Shown here: positions 27,928 to 37,573 of the stretch, one piece after another | How the letters are laid out: the number at the start of each line of letters is the position of its first letter | How positions within the stretch are numbered: the first letter of the stretch is position 1 | Source: Actinomycetaceae bacterium | Lineage (GTDB): Bacteria; Actinomycetota; Actinomycetes; Actinomycetales; Actinomycetaceae | Length of the DNA: 64,000 bases | Assembly (NCBI GenBank): GCA_030537615.1 | Contig: JAUNVP010000007.1 | Coordinates: 52,227-116,226, forward strand | Direction of reading: 5' to 3' | Notes under the pieces: generated by a model | The model's input: the letters and a program-made list of their open reading frames with translations, nothing else | Database searches by the model: none | What the model was told of the DNA's origin: nothing | Program-made: the position numbers and the translations under genes

Positions 27928-30900
27928 CAGAACTCACTGCCCTCGAACGCACCCTGGCGACGATGAACGATGATGACATTATCGCTCTCGTCGGTCCAGC
28001 AACGTATGGGCAAGGCTTGACGAGCTATGAAAGAAACGACGTCATCAGCCTCGAGTTCAATGAATCACGCGATCGTATGATCGCGAAAGTGCGCGGCGCA
28101 GGAATGACCTACACATGCTGGTTTGGCCAAGCGGGAAATCGAGTCCGCGACCTCGAACTCACCTGTGCGTGTACAACGGGCGTGTACTGCAAACACGCAA
28201 TAGCAGCGCTGTGGAAAGCGCGCACCGAGGTGCGTCGTCCAGAAGAAAGCTGGCGCACACTGCTCACGCCTTTTCTCCACGTAGCGGTCGAGGGACAACC
28301 GCTCGCACTCGTTCTCGAAACAGCGGGTAATCAGTTTTCTCTCTCGCCACGTCGAGCTGGCGCTCGCGGGAAGTGGGTGAGTCAGCGCGCCTCGTGGGCC
28401 GATCTCACCTCCACTCAATGGGCCTCTGTGACCGACGGGATCCGCAGTGACCATCTAACGGTCGTGCGGTCGATCTGGAACCAATCACGCCGCTCAATGA
28501 CGTGGCATAGTCCAAATACAGTTCCTCTGTCCTCGCTCGGAGCTCAAGCGCTGGAACTTCTTCTACACGCGCAGCAATCGGGTGTTCAATTGCTCCTTAA
28601 TCCGGGAGAACGGGAACTGACGGTCAACCCGGCGCCACTGTCTTTTCACCTCGCGCATGATGTCACGGATAGCGGTGCTGATCTGACCGTTGTACTGACG
28701 GACGGCAAGAACGAATACAGTCGTTATGCGCTACTCGACATGACCCCACCGTTGGCCCTGCTACAAGAAACACTCTCTCCCATTGCCCCAGGAAACGAAG
28801 CGATGCTTGATGTCGCCATCAAACATCGTCGGATTCACGTCCCGACAGAGGATCTGTCCGACTTCTACATGAACTATGCGCCACAGATGGGAGAGTGCAT
28901 CGATGTTCACGCTCGTCCCCTCGACGGCCCGCATCTGATCGGAACCGTCAGTTCCGATGGTGATGAACTGGTCATTAAATGGTCTGTTGCCTATCGCAGC
29001 GAGCAGTCACAAACTCTTCTTCCTGTCGACGATGCGCTCGTGCGCTGGCGCCAGGACCGTTCGGTAATCACGAGTGTGTTGAGGCGGATATCCCAAGCAT
29101 GTGAACCATACATCCCGGCAGCGGCTGTCGGGCGGAGTGATCGGCTACGAGGAGATGCCATTCCCGAGTTTTTGAACCGAGCTCGGGCAGTTGAAACGAC
29201 AATCGACGAACTCGAATGGGTCTTTGATGAAGAGGTCAATCAGATCGCGGTCAGTCACGCCCCGATGACAATCGAAGCGAGCGCAATCGATATCGATGAC
29301 CCCGACTGGTTTGACCTCAAACTCACCATCACGGTGGGTGGTGAACAGATTCCGATTAAGGATGTCATCCTGGCGGTAGCTGCGGGACGCACGTGGGTTT
29401 GCTCGCCGGAGGGCGTGTGGGTGCAGATCGATTCCGAACAGATTGAGACACTACTGTCTATCATCGCCGAGCAAGGGGCTGATGATGATGGCGATCTAAT
29501 TCGTCTTCCGGGAAAGCGGATGGGAGTGCTCAACCAGCTCGAGGATCTTGGCGCGGAACTGTCGGGGACAAGTCCGTGGCTCGATCGTTTCCGCACCTTG
29601 ACTGCTGTCGACGAGGTGCGTGAGCTCCCACAACCGCACGGAACAACGCTACGCGATTACCAAAGGGCGGGAGTTGCTTGGCTGGATACTGTGACATCGC
29701 ACGGTTTTGGAGCAATTCTGGCCGACGATATGGGACTGGGGAAAACGCTCCAAATCTTGACGCTGATTCAGGCGAAGAAAGACCGTGGGGAACTCACCAA
29801 AGGCGTTTTAGTTTGTGCTCCGACCTCTGTGGTCTCGACATGGGTCAATGAAGCACACCGGTTCTTCCCCGATTTGTCGATTGAACATGTCCGTGGGAGC
29901 TCAAAGAAGCGCGAATATCAAGTGGAAGAACTACTCGAGACGCATGACATCATCGTGACATCGTGGACGCTACTGCGACTGGACGCGGACGAATACGGGC
30001 AACTCGAGCTTGACGGGGCTATTTTTGATGAAGCGCAGGCGATGAAGAATCCGGCGACTCATCAAAATCAAGCTGCCAGGAATCTCGGCGCACAGTGGGC
30101 CATCGCGGCTACCGGCACGCCAATCGAAAATACTGTGACGGATTTGTGGGCGATCATGAATGTCGTGAATCCGGGACTTCTTCCCGGACTTAAACGTTTT
30201 AATCACCACTATCGCCGCCCCATTGAAACCGATGGTGACCACCGCACTCTTGAGCGTCTTCACAAGCTGACCGAACCATTTATGCGCAGACGAACGAAAG
30301 ATCTTGTCGCAACGGAGCTTCCTGACAAGATTGAACAGACAATCAGTATCGAACTCGATCCGGCTCATCAGCGGGCGTATGATCGCTATCTCAACGATCA
30401 ACGCGGTCGAGTGCTCGGCTTGCTTGAGAATCCGCGAGAAAATGCCACTTCAATCCTCGCAGCGTTGACAAAGCTACGCATGCTCGCCCTCGATCCGGCG
30501 CTGATTAACGCTGATTGGGAGGGGGGAGATTCGGCAAAAACGCAGCTCCTTGTCGATCATCTGATTTCTCTCACCGGACGCGGGCACCGAGCACTCGTGT
30601 TTTCCCAGTTCACCAGTTATCTCAAACGGCTTGCCCGAGCAGTTAACGATGCGGGGATCACCTCGACTTATCTTGACGGTACAACCCGTAATCGCGATCA
30701 CGTGATCGCGCGATTCAAAGAGGGCGATGCCCAAGTATTCCTCATTTCCCTTAAAGCGGGAGGCACAGGACTGACCCTCACTGAAGCCGACTACGTCTAC
30801 GTCATGGATCCGTGGTGGAATCCGGCGGTCGAAACTCAAGCCATCGATCGAGCGCATCGGATCGGTCAACAAAAAACAGTGAATGTGTATCGCCTCTGTG

Positions 30901-31022
30901 CCGCCAACACGATTGAGCATAAGGTCATGGCGCTTCAAGAACACAAGCGTTCGATTGTCGATCGAGTAATGACGTCGACGACTCAGCTCAGCACGAGTGA
31001 ACTAGCAGATCTCCTCTCCTAG
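27924..31022 (+). CDS. SNF2-family DNA-dependent ATPase/helicase with N-terminal SWIM zinc finger
   Basis: SWIM 'CACTTGVYCKHAIAALW'. SNF2 motifs 'LADDMGLGKTLQ', 'DEAQAMKN', 'TGTPIEN', and a C-terminal 'GGTGLTLTEADYVYVMDPWWNPAVETQAIDRAHRIGQ'. Overlaps the tdk stop by 4 nt. Confidence 0.85.
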   Translation: MTELTALERTLATMNDDDIIALVGPATYGQGLTSYERNDVISLEFNESRDRMIAKVRGAGMTYTCWFGQAGNRVRDLELTCACTTGVYCKHAIAALWKARTEVRRPEESWRTLLTPFLHVAVEGQPLALVLETAGNQFSLSPRRAGARGKWVSQRASWADLTSTQWASVTDGIRSDHLTVVRSIWNQSRRSMTWHSPNTVPLSSLGAQALELLLHAQQSGVQLLLNPGERELTVNPAPLSFHLAHDVTDSGADLTVVLTDGKNEYSRYALLDMTPPLALLQETLSPIAPGNEAMLDVAIKHRRIHVPTEDLSDFYMNYAPQMGECIDVHARPLDGPHLIGTVSSDGDELVIKWSVAYRSEQSQTLLPVDDALVRWRQDRSVITSVLRRISQACEPYIPAAAVGRSDRLRGDAIPEFLNRARAVETTIDELEWVFDEEVNQIAVSHAPMTIEASAIDIDDPDWFDLKLTITVGGEQIPIKDVILAVAAGRTWVCSPEGVWVQIDSEQIETLLSIIAEQGADDDGDLIRLPGKRMGVLNQLEDLGAELSGTSPWLDRFRTLTAVDEVRELPQPHGTTLRDYQRAGVAWLDTVTSHGFGAILADDMGLGKTLQILTLIQAKKDRGELTKGVLVCAPTSVVSTWVNEAHRFFPDLSIEHVRGSSKKREYQVEELLETHDIIVTSWTLLRLDADEYGQLELDGAIFDEAQAMKNPATHQNQAARNLGAQWAIAATGTPIENTVTDLWAIMNVVNPGLLPGLKRFNHHYRRPIETDGDHRTLERLHKLTEPFMRRRTKDLVATELPDKIEQTISIELDPAHQRAYDRYLNDQRGRVLGLLENPRENATSILAALTKLRMLALDPALINADWEGGDSAKTQLLVDHLISLTGRGHRALVFSQFTSYLKRLARAVNDAGITSTYLDGTTRNRDHVIARFKEGDAQVFLISLKAGGTGLTLTEADYVYVMDPWWNPAVETQAIDRAHRIGQQKTVNVYRLCAANTIEHKVMALQEHKRSIVDRVMTSTTQLSTSELADLLS

Positions 31023-31026
31023 AGAG

Positions 31027-31042
31027 TCGAACGTATGTTCGA
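31027..31042 (+). promoter_or_regulatory. LexA SOS box (TCGAAC-N4-GTTCGA)
   Basis: Perfect TCGAACGTATGTTCGA, 4 nt after the SNF2 stop and 13 nt before the dnaE2 start. Confidence 0.8.
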
Positions 31043-31054
31043 TAAACTGGGGAG

Positions 31055-34000
31055 GTGTTGCCCTACGCCGAACTTCACGCGCACAGCGCCTACAGTTTTC
31101 TCCACGGCGCAGATTTACCTCAAGTCCTTGTTCGACGCGCTTACGAACTCGGTCTTGAGGCAATCGCCGTCCTCGACTATGACGGTATGTATTCAGCGGT
31201 CCAAACGGCTACCGCCGCCCGTGAGCTGGGGATGCGAACCGTGCAGGGAACTGAACTGCGCTTGGATAATCACACCCATCTGCCGATACTTGCACGGAGC
31301 GTCGCGGGATATTACGACCTGTGTGCTGCAGTCTCGGAGTTCCAACTGGCGCACGAAGAAAAGACCGAAACAATTTTTGGGCTTGAGGAGCTCGCGCAAT
31401 ACTCAAACGGCCAGTGGATGATACTGACCGGGTCGAGTCGCGGGCCTGTGCGCGCCGCGCTTGCCACGGGGAAACTCGAAGCCGCCGAGCGGGAGATCGC
31501 CCGGCTGAAAGACTTGTTCGGCTCCGATCGCGTCCTCATTGAAACAACTGTGACAACACCTGAAGAGGAGGACGAACTGGTCCACGTGCTCGCGGACATG
31601 GCTCGTCGGACACGCACTCGCTTGGTGGCGACAACGGCGGCACGATCGGCCTCTTCTCGATCGGTTCTGCGGGCACACGTTGTGCGGGCTATTCAACTTG
31701 GTGGAACTCTGAGCGAAGTCGAACCCTATCTCGAAGCCTATCCGCCGATTCTGCGCTCGGCCGAAGAGATGCAACGTATTCATCGTCACTATCCTGAGGC
31801 AGTGGAGGAGGCTGCTGTTGTTGCGGATGAGTGCAGTTTTGATCTGCGACTGATTGCTCCTGATTTACCGCCGTGTCAGACCCCGCCGGGATATACCGAA
31901 GAAACGTGGTTGCGAGAATGTGCCTATCGGGGAGCACGTGAGCGATACGGCACCCGTGAGGAGTATCCGAAAGCGTGGGAAATCATAGATCGCGAGCTTG
32001 CGATTATTATTCGCTTGGGATTTGCCGGGTATTTTCTCATTGTCAAAGAAATCGTGGATTACTGTCATGAGGAGAGAATCCTGTGTCAGGGGCGTGGGTC
32101 AGCAGCTAATTCGGCTGTCTGCTACGCGTTAGGAATCACGGCAGTTGACGCTGTGCGGCACCGCATGCTGTTCGAACGATTTTTATCTCCTGACCGGAGC
32201 GGTCCACCGGATATTGATATCGATATCGAATCTGATCGCCGAGAACTTGTTATCCAACACATCTATACCAAGTACGGTCGACGGTACGCCGCGCAGGTTG
32301 CTAACGTCATTTCCTATCGTCCCAAGTCCGCCATTCGTGATGTAGCAAAAGCTTTTGGGTATCCCGAAGAACTTGCCCGGCAGTGGGGGAAGGGAATCTC
32401 TCGCGTTCCCGCGGATCCTCGTGTCATGTCTATGGCCGCTTCGTTACAACATCTTCCGCGGCATTTGGGGATTCATCCAGGTGGCATCGTGCTCACTCGT
32501 CAACCTGTTTCTCACCTATGTCCCGTTCAGTGGGGGACAAAGAAAGGCCGAACCGTTCTTCAATGGGATAAAGATGACTGCGCCGAGGCGGGGTTCGTGA
32601 AATTCGATCTTCTCGGTCTCGGAATGCTCACAGCGCTACGAAAGATGTTTGATTCATTAGCGGCTCGAGGGATTGGGGCCCCCGATGGGAAACCGTACGA
32701 TTTGTACAACCTTCCGCAGGATGATCCTCTCGTCTACAACCTGCTGTGCGCGGCCGATACGGTCGGAGTGTTCCAAGTGGAGTCACGCGCCCAAATGAAT
32801 ACACTTCCACGGTTACAGCCTCGCTGTTTTTACGACCTCGTGGTAGAAGTTGCGCTCATTCGTCCCGGACCTATTCAAGGTCAGGCGGTTAATCCGTATC
32901 TTCGCCGCAGACGAGGGCGTGAAAAAGTCACCTACCCGCATCCGCTACTCAAGCCCGCGTTGGAAAAAACTCTGGGCGTCCCTCTGTTCCAAGAACAGCT
33001 CATGCAGATTGCTACCGATGCCGCGGGATTTACCGCCTCGCAAGCAGATAAGCTCCGTAAAGCGATGGGATCCAAGCGCAGTGATGAGCGAATGAAACAA
33101 CTGCGTCCGCAACTGTTCGCTGGGCTCGCAAAGAACGGGATTACCGGTAGCGCGGCAGAGGAGATTGTCGATAGTCTCAATGCTTTTGCCGACTTCGGAT
33201 TTCCCGAATCGCACGCGTTTTCTTTTGCCTATATCGTCTACGCCTCGGCGTGGATGAAAGTGCATTACCCAGAAGATTTTTACGCGGCAATCTTGTCCTC
33301 GCAACCGATGGGATTTTATTCGTCGGCATCTCTCGTTGAGGATGCGCGCCGCCACGGAATATGCGTTGGGTGCGTCAGCGTCCTCTATTCTCAAGTGGAG
33401 ACAGCAGTGGAAAAACATGACGATGGCGGGCTTCGGCAGAAGGTAAAGCCGCCGGTTCAACCGGATCCAACGCTATGTATCCGATTGGGATTGAATACCG
33501 TTAAAGGACTCGATCACTCCGCGTGTCAACGCATCGTCGATGCGCGGAGAAAACGCCAGTACAGTTCTTTGGCTGATCTGGGAGCACGCGCCCGCCTGAC
33601 AACAGGCGATCTTGAGAAACTGGCGCTTGCCGGAGCTCTTGATGATTTGGTGAGTAGTCGACGTGAGGGCATGTGGAGTGCCCCACTTGTGGCGCAACAA
33701 TCGGGGGAGCAGATGACTCTACCGGGAATCGAGTGGCCTGCTCCTGCCGACTTCCCGTCGTTGACTGCCGTAGAAGAAATTCAAACTGACTACGCTATGA
33801 CCGGACTCAGTGTTCAACGGCATCCGATGGAACTGGTTCGCCGTACACTCGGTGCGAAGGTCAAGACATGTGATGAAGTGCCTTTGGTTGAGAGAGGACG
33901 GCGCATCCGCGTTGCGGGAATCATTACTCACCGTCAGCGACCTCATACGGCTGCGGGCACGGTATTTCTTTCACTCGAGGACGAAACGGGTTTAGCTAAT

Positions 34001-34171
34001 ATTATTTGTCAAAAGAATGTGTGGAAACGCTTTCGGCCTATCGCGATGACGGCGTCGGCCATCATCGTCAGAGGAGTGGTTGAAACCGAAGACGGTTCAC
34101 ACGCGATCGTTGCCGATAAGCTAGAGCTCTGTCAGGTTCCGGTATCGTCTCGGTCGCGAGACTTTCGGTAG
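31055..34171 (+). CDS. dnaE2: error-prone DNA polymerase DnaE2 (C-family)
   Basis: PHP domain 'ELHAHSAYSFLHGA' and pol III alpha core ('FDLLGLGMLT'). ~1038 aa. GTG start overlapping a GGAGG ribosome-binding site. Confidence 0.9.
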   Translation: MLPYAELHAHSAYSFLHGADLPQVLVRRAYELGLEAIAVLDYDGMYSAVQTATAARELGMRTVQGTELRLDNHTHLPILARSVAGYYDLCAAVSEFQLAHEEKTETIFGLEELAQYSNGQWMILTGSSRGPVRAALATGKLEAAEREIARLKDLFGSDRVLIETTVTTPEEEDELVHVLADMARRTRTRLVATTAARSASSRSVLRAHVVRAIQLGGTLSEVEPYLEAYPPILRSAEEMQRIHRHYPEAVEEAAVVADECSFDLRLIAPDLPPCQTPPGYTEETWLRECAYRGARERYGTREEYPKAWEIIDRELAIIIRLGFAGYFLIVKEIVDYCHEERILCQGRGSAANSAVCYALGITAVDAVRHRMLFERFLSPDRSGPPDIDIDIESDRRELVIQHIYTKYGRRYAAQVANVISYRPKSAIRDVAKAFGYPEELARQWGKGISRVPADPRVMSMAASLQHLPRHLGIHPGGIVLTRQPVSHLCPVQWGTKKGRTVLQWDKDDCAEAGFVKFDLLGLGMLTALRKMFDSLAARGIGAPDGKPYDLYNLPQDDPLVYNLLCAADTVGVFQVESRAQMNTLPRLQPRCFYDLVVEVALIRPGPIQGQAVNPYLRRRRGREKVTYPHPLLKPALEKTLGVPLFQEQLMQIATDAAGFTASQADKLRKAMGSKRSDERMKQLRPQLFAGLAKNGITGSAAEEIVDSLNAFADFGFPESHAFSFAYIVYASAWMKVHYPEDFYAAILSSQPMGFYSSASLVEDARRHGICVGCVSVLYSQVETAVEKHDDGGLRQKVKPPVQPDPTLCIRLGLNTVKGLDHSACQRIVDARRKRQYSSLADLGARARLTTGDLEKLALAGALDDLVSSRREGMWSAPLVAQQSGEQMTLPGIEWPAPADFPSLTAVEEIQTDYAMTGLSVQRHPMELVRRTLGAKVKTCDEVPLVERGRRIRVAGIITHRQRPHTAAGTVFLSLEDETGLANIICQKNVWKRFRPIAMTASAIIVRGVVETEDGSHAIVADKLELCQVPVSSRSRDFR

Positions 34172-34182
34172 CGAGGAGAAAA

Positions 34183-34671
34183 GTGGCCATAGAAATCGAG
34201 CGGAAGTTCCTCATCGTCTCGGATGGGTGGAAGAAACATATTGCGCGTACCGAAGAATTGGCGCAGGGGTATTTGGCCGCATCGCCACGTTGTCTCGTGC
34301 GGGTACGAGCGTCGCAAGACCGTGGTTGGTTGACGGTTAAAGGAGGTCAAATCGGTGATACTGACACTTTGACCCGTCTCGAGTTTGAATACGAAATCCC
34401 CTGTGAACACGCTCGCGATATGTTGGGTGCTTTCGCGCTGAGTTCAGTCGCAAAGACTCGTTATACACTCGATTTACCGCAGTATCAGTGGACGGTCGAT
34501 GTCTTTCACGGTGCCAATGACGGATTAGTAATTCTTGAAATCGAAGGCCCCGATGTTGAGATGTTGGGCGATAAAGATTTGCCCGAATGGGTGGGGGAGG
34601 ACGTCAGTGCAGATCCACGAATGTCCAATGCGGCACTGTCGCACAATCCCTACTCGCAGTGGGGAAACTAG
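34183..34671 (+). CDS. CYTH-domain (triphosphate tunnel metalloenzyme) protein
   Basis: N-terminal 'EIERKFL' ExExK signature, 162 aa. Sits 11 nt downstream of dnaE2. Confidence 0.7.
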   Translation: MAIEIERKFLIVSDGWKKHIARTEELAQGYLAASPRCLVRVRASQDRGWLTVKGGQIGDTDTLTRLEFEYEIPCEHARDMLGAFALSSVAKTRYTLDLPQYQWTVDVFHGANDGLVILEIEGPDVEMLGDKDLPEWVGEDVSADPRMSNAALSHNPYSQWGN

Positions 34672-36008
34672 TTGCTTCCTTTGACGACTTCTTTAGCGGA
34701 CGGAAGTGGTCCTTCATAGGGCGGATCGTCTTCGTGTAGTTGCTGATAGATTGCCCAGATCGATGCGAGGAGCGGAATCGAGATGACGGCTCCAAGCAGT
34801 CCCGCGATGAGGGTGCCACCGGCAACGCCGATACCGACGACAACCGGGTGAAGTGAAACTTGTGATCCCATAATGAGCGGCTGGAGCACATGTCCCTCGA
34901 ATTGTCCGATGAGGGCAATTCCGATACCGACGAGGAGCATTTTCCATACGCCGTCAGCAGCTAACGCGACAATCATGGCGACGAACATGGCGGCGGGTGC
35001 GCCAATCAGTGGAATAAAAGCACCAATGAAGACGAGCACTCCCAGTGGTGCTGCGAGTGGGATTCCCAGTAGAGACAGATAGATAAAAGCAAAGAGCCCA
35101 TCGGTCGAAGCGACGATCATGACACCGCGGGCATAGCCGGCAAATGTGAACCATCCAGCAGCCGCCGCACGGTGAACGGATTCGCGATGACGAGCGGGAA
35201 AACGATTGAGCGTCCAGCGCCACATTTTCTCGCCCGAATGGAGAAAGAATATAGTTGTGAAGAGCGCTAGAGCGAGGATCGTCATTCCGATGGCCACGGT
35301 TGAAATATTGTTCAGTGCTTCTTGGAGAAGTGCTCCGGCATTCGATTCGATATAGTGGCGTGCTTGATCGAGAGTCTGATTGAGCCACTGGTAGACCTCA
35401 TCGGATGACAGCTCTACGCGAAGCGGCCCGGTCTTGAGAAAATCGATGATCTTGTCGACCCCGTTGCCAAACTGATCCGAGAGGGTGTTCCACTGTCCAG
35501 TCACCGAGGCAATAACGTAGGTGATCAGACCTCCGAATGCTGCGATTGAGGCAAGAAGTGCTATGGCGACACCGATCCAGCGAGGCATGACGCGTTCGAG
35601 AAGTCCGACGAGTGGATTGAGGACGGAGGTAATCACGAGCGCGAGGAAAACGGCGACGAATACTGCGGCGACTTGAGAGACCGCCCAGAGCGCGAAAGAT
35701 GTCACGACAAGGATGCCGATCGTCATCCACGCTGCCGTTCCTGATTTCTTCAGCCAGGGAGGAATGTCGTCGTTTCCGTTTTTCCGGTTTGTTTCCACGA
35801 ATCGATGGGGGATCGACCGTGATGATGCTTTGAGACGAGTGCGCGGTTGTGATCGATTGAAGGTCGGCTGGCTGTAAGCAAGACGATGGTCATGCTCGCG
35901 GTCATCAGTTGCCTGCATGAGCCGCTTGCTTTGGGTTGCCAATTTACGGCCGCGGCGGCGAGCTTGATCTACAAAGCGACCAAAACGATTGCGGTTGGTA
36001 TGTCTCAC
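34668..36008 (-). CDS. AI-2E family (PerM/YdiK-like) transporter
   Basis: 8-TM core with a conserved C-terminal region. The Arg-rich N-terminal ~90 aa may be an over-extension of the ORF. Confidence 0.75.
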   Translation of the reverse strand: MRHTNRNRFGRFVDQARRRGRKLATQSKRLMQATDDREHDHRLAYSQPTFNRSQPRTRLKASSRSIPHRFVETNRKNGNDDIPPWLKKSGTAAWMTIGILVVTSFALWAVSQVAAVFVAVFLALVITSVLNPLVGLLERVMPRWIGVAIALLASIAAFGGLITYVIASVTGQWNTLSDQFGNGVDKIIDFLKTGPLRVELSSDEVYQWLNQTLDQARHYIESNAGALLQEALNNISTVAIGMTILALALFTTIFFLHSGEKMWRWTLNRFPARHRESVHRAAAAGWFTFAGYARGVMIVASTDGLFAFIYLSLLGIPLAAPLGVLVFIGAFIPLIGAPAAMFVAMIVALAADGVWKMLLVGIGIALIGQFEGHVLQPLIMGSQVSLHPVVVGIGVAGGTLIAGLLGAVISIPLLASIWAIYQQLHEDDPPYEGPLPSAKEVVKGSN

Positions 36009-36047
36009 ATCTCTAGCCTACTGTGATAGCGCGGAAATATATGTCAT

Positions 36048-36821
36048 CTATTTCGTCGTGGTGTCTGCCTGGTAATTGAGGATAATGTCAATGAGCTGAT
36101 CGGGAGTGTGTGCAATGCTGTGTGCGTCGGCGAACTCTTCGAGCGCGGTTCCGGCCCAGGTGACTCCGACGGTGGTCAGATTATTGGCTCGACCGCCGTC
36201 AATATCGTGGTGGCGATCCCCAATCATGATTGCGTTGTGTGTGCTCAGACCACGTTGTCGTAGCCGAGCGAGTACGTCAGCGATAACTGACGCTTTGGTT
36301 TGTAGCGGTTCGTCTTCACGAGAGCCGGCTATTTCAGTGAAGAATGCGGCAAGCTCCAACCGGTTTAAGATCGGGCCGATCAAACGTTCAATTTTTGACG
36401 TCGCTACTGCAAGAATGATCCGCTCTTGCGACAAAGTAGTGAGGGCCTCGCGTATTCCGTTAAACACAGGAACGTCGTACATGCGGGCGGTGTAGTGGGT
36501 GCGGTAAACTGCGATCGCTTCTGGGATATCGTCCTCCGCTAAGCCCGCAAAGTCGCGGAAACTGACGAACAGAGGTGGGCCGACCCAGCGTTGTAACTGG
36601 GCGGAAGTCTGCGGCGGTAAACCGAGTTCCGCAAGCGTTCGACTCACGCACCTCGTGATGAGTGGCGCGGAATCGGTTATGGTCCCATCTACGTCGAAAA
36701 CGGCGATAGTGTCCGTCACTATGTTCCTTTCGTCCCATCTGTGGTGATCGCTGCTACTATAAACTGCTACGGTAGATAGCGGTTGATTTTGCCGGTATTC
36801 TGCCATCATTTTGTAAATCAC
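36048..36821 (-). CDS. HAD-superfamily hydrolase
   Basis: 'IAVFDVDGTITDS' motif I. 'VATSK' and 'GDRHHD' motifs also present. Confidence 0.7.
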   Translation of the reverse strand: MIYKMMAEYRQNQPLSTVAVYSSSDHHRWDERNIVTDTIAVFDVDGTITDSAPLITRCVSRTLAELGLPPQTSAQLQRWVGPPLFVSFRDFAGLAEDDIPEAIAVYRTHYTARMYDVPVFNGIREALTTLSQERIILAVATSKIERLIGPILNRLELAAFFTEIAGSREDEPLQTKASVIADVLARLRQRGLSTHNAIMIGDRHHDIDGGRANNLTTVGVTWAGTALEEFADAHSIAHTPDQLIDIILNYQADTTTK

Positions 36822-36865
36822 AAAACGATGTGAAACTAAACTATTTCAACTTTACAATTTTCACA
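36811..36865. promoter_or_regulatory. divergent promoter/operator region with inverted repeats upstream of marR
   Basis: AT-rich region. TTGTAAATCACA ... TGTGA ... TTTACAATTTTCACA inverted and direct repeats lie between the divergent HAD and MarR genes. Confidence 0.3.
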
Positions 36866-36905
36866 GACCCTTCTCACCTGCTAGTTTAAGCATGTTGTCT
36901 GGTAT

Positions 36906-37403
36906 TTGAAGGGGCACTCATGCGGAGGGATGCTGATGTCTGACTCTCAAAGAGAAAGGGCGTGGAAAGCACACGCGGAATATAACATCCGACTCAATGC
37001 AATTGCGGAGCATCGAATGAAGGCAGAAGTCGGTTTGGCAATGGCCGATTTTTCGATTCTGTCCATTTTGAACGTCTCTCCAAATCAATCCCTCCGGATG
37101 GGAACACTCGCGGAAGTGCTCGCGTATTCTCCTTCTCGACTGTCCTATTTGGTGAGTTCGCTCGTCGACCGAAAACTGGTGAAAAAGACCACATCATCGA
37201 GTGACGGCCGAGGTTACGTCGCGACCCTCACACCGACAGGGCGAGTGCTGTGGGACCGAGCTGATGAGATCCAGCACGAGGTCTTCACCGAGTACATCGT
37301 GCCCATGTTGTCGAAAGAGGACCATGAGAATCTCATCGGAATTTTCAACCGTATAGCGGATCATCTCGAGTTCGAAATGCCCGGAGAAGAAAGCGATGAG
37401 TAG
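36906..37403 (+). CDS. MarR-family transcriptional regulator
   Basis: Winged-helix region 'LRMGTLAEVLAYSPSRLSYLVSSLVDRKLVKK'. Confidence 0.8.
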   Translation: MKGHSCGGMLMSDSQRERAWKAHAEYNIRLNAIAEHRMKAEVGLAMADFSILSILNVSPNQSLRMGTLAEVLAYSPSRLSYLVSSLVDRKLVKKTTSSSDGRGYVATLTPTGRVLWDRADEIQHEVFTEYIVPMLSKEDHENLIGIFNRIADHLEFEMPGEESDE

Positions 37404-37478
37404 CGGATTGGAAAGCTAACGATTCTTCGTGCTAAAGTTTTCTTCGTTGCCGACGAACGAAAGTTCTGGCAACCACCT

Positions 37479-37567
37479 GCGCGGGTGGCGGAATAGGTAG
37501 ACGCGCTAGCTTGAGGTGCTAGTTCCTAATTTAAACGGGAGTGGGGGTTCAAGTCCCCCTCCGCGCA
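37479..37567 (+). tRNA. tRNA-Leu (anticodon GAG)
   Basis: 7-bp acceptor stem GCGCGGG/TCCGCGC (one G-U pair). Anticodon stem CTAGC/GCTAG with loop TTGAGGT. Long variable arm. T-arm GGGGG-TTCAAGT-CCCCC. Discriminator A. CCA not encoded. Confidence 0.85.
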
Positions 37568-37573
37568 CAATAG

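Noticed and set aside
31035-31421. 128-aa ORF starting inside the dnaE2 SOS box.
   Set aside because: It is out of frame with dnaE2 and overlaps its PHP domain. The ATG lies inside the LexA operator. Spurious.
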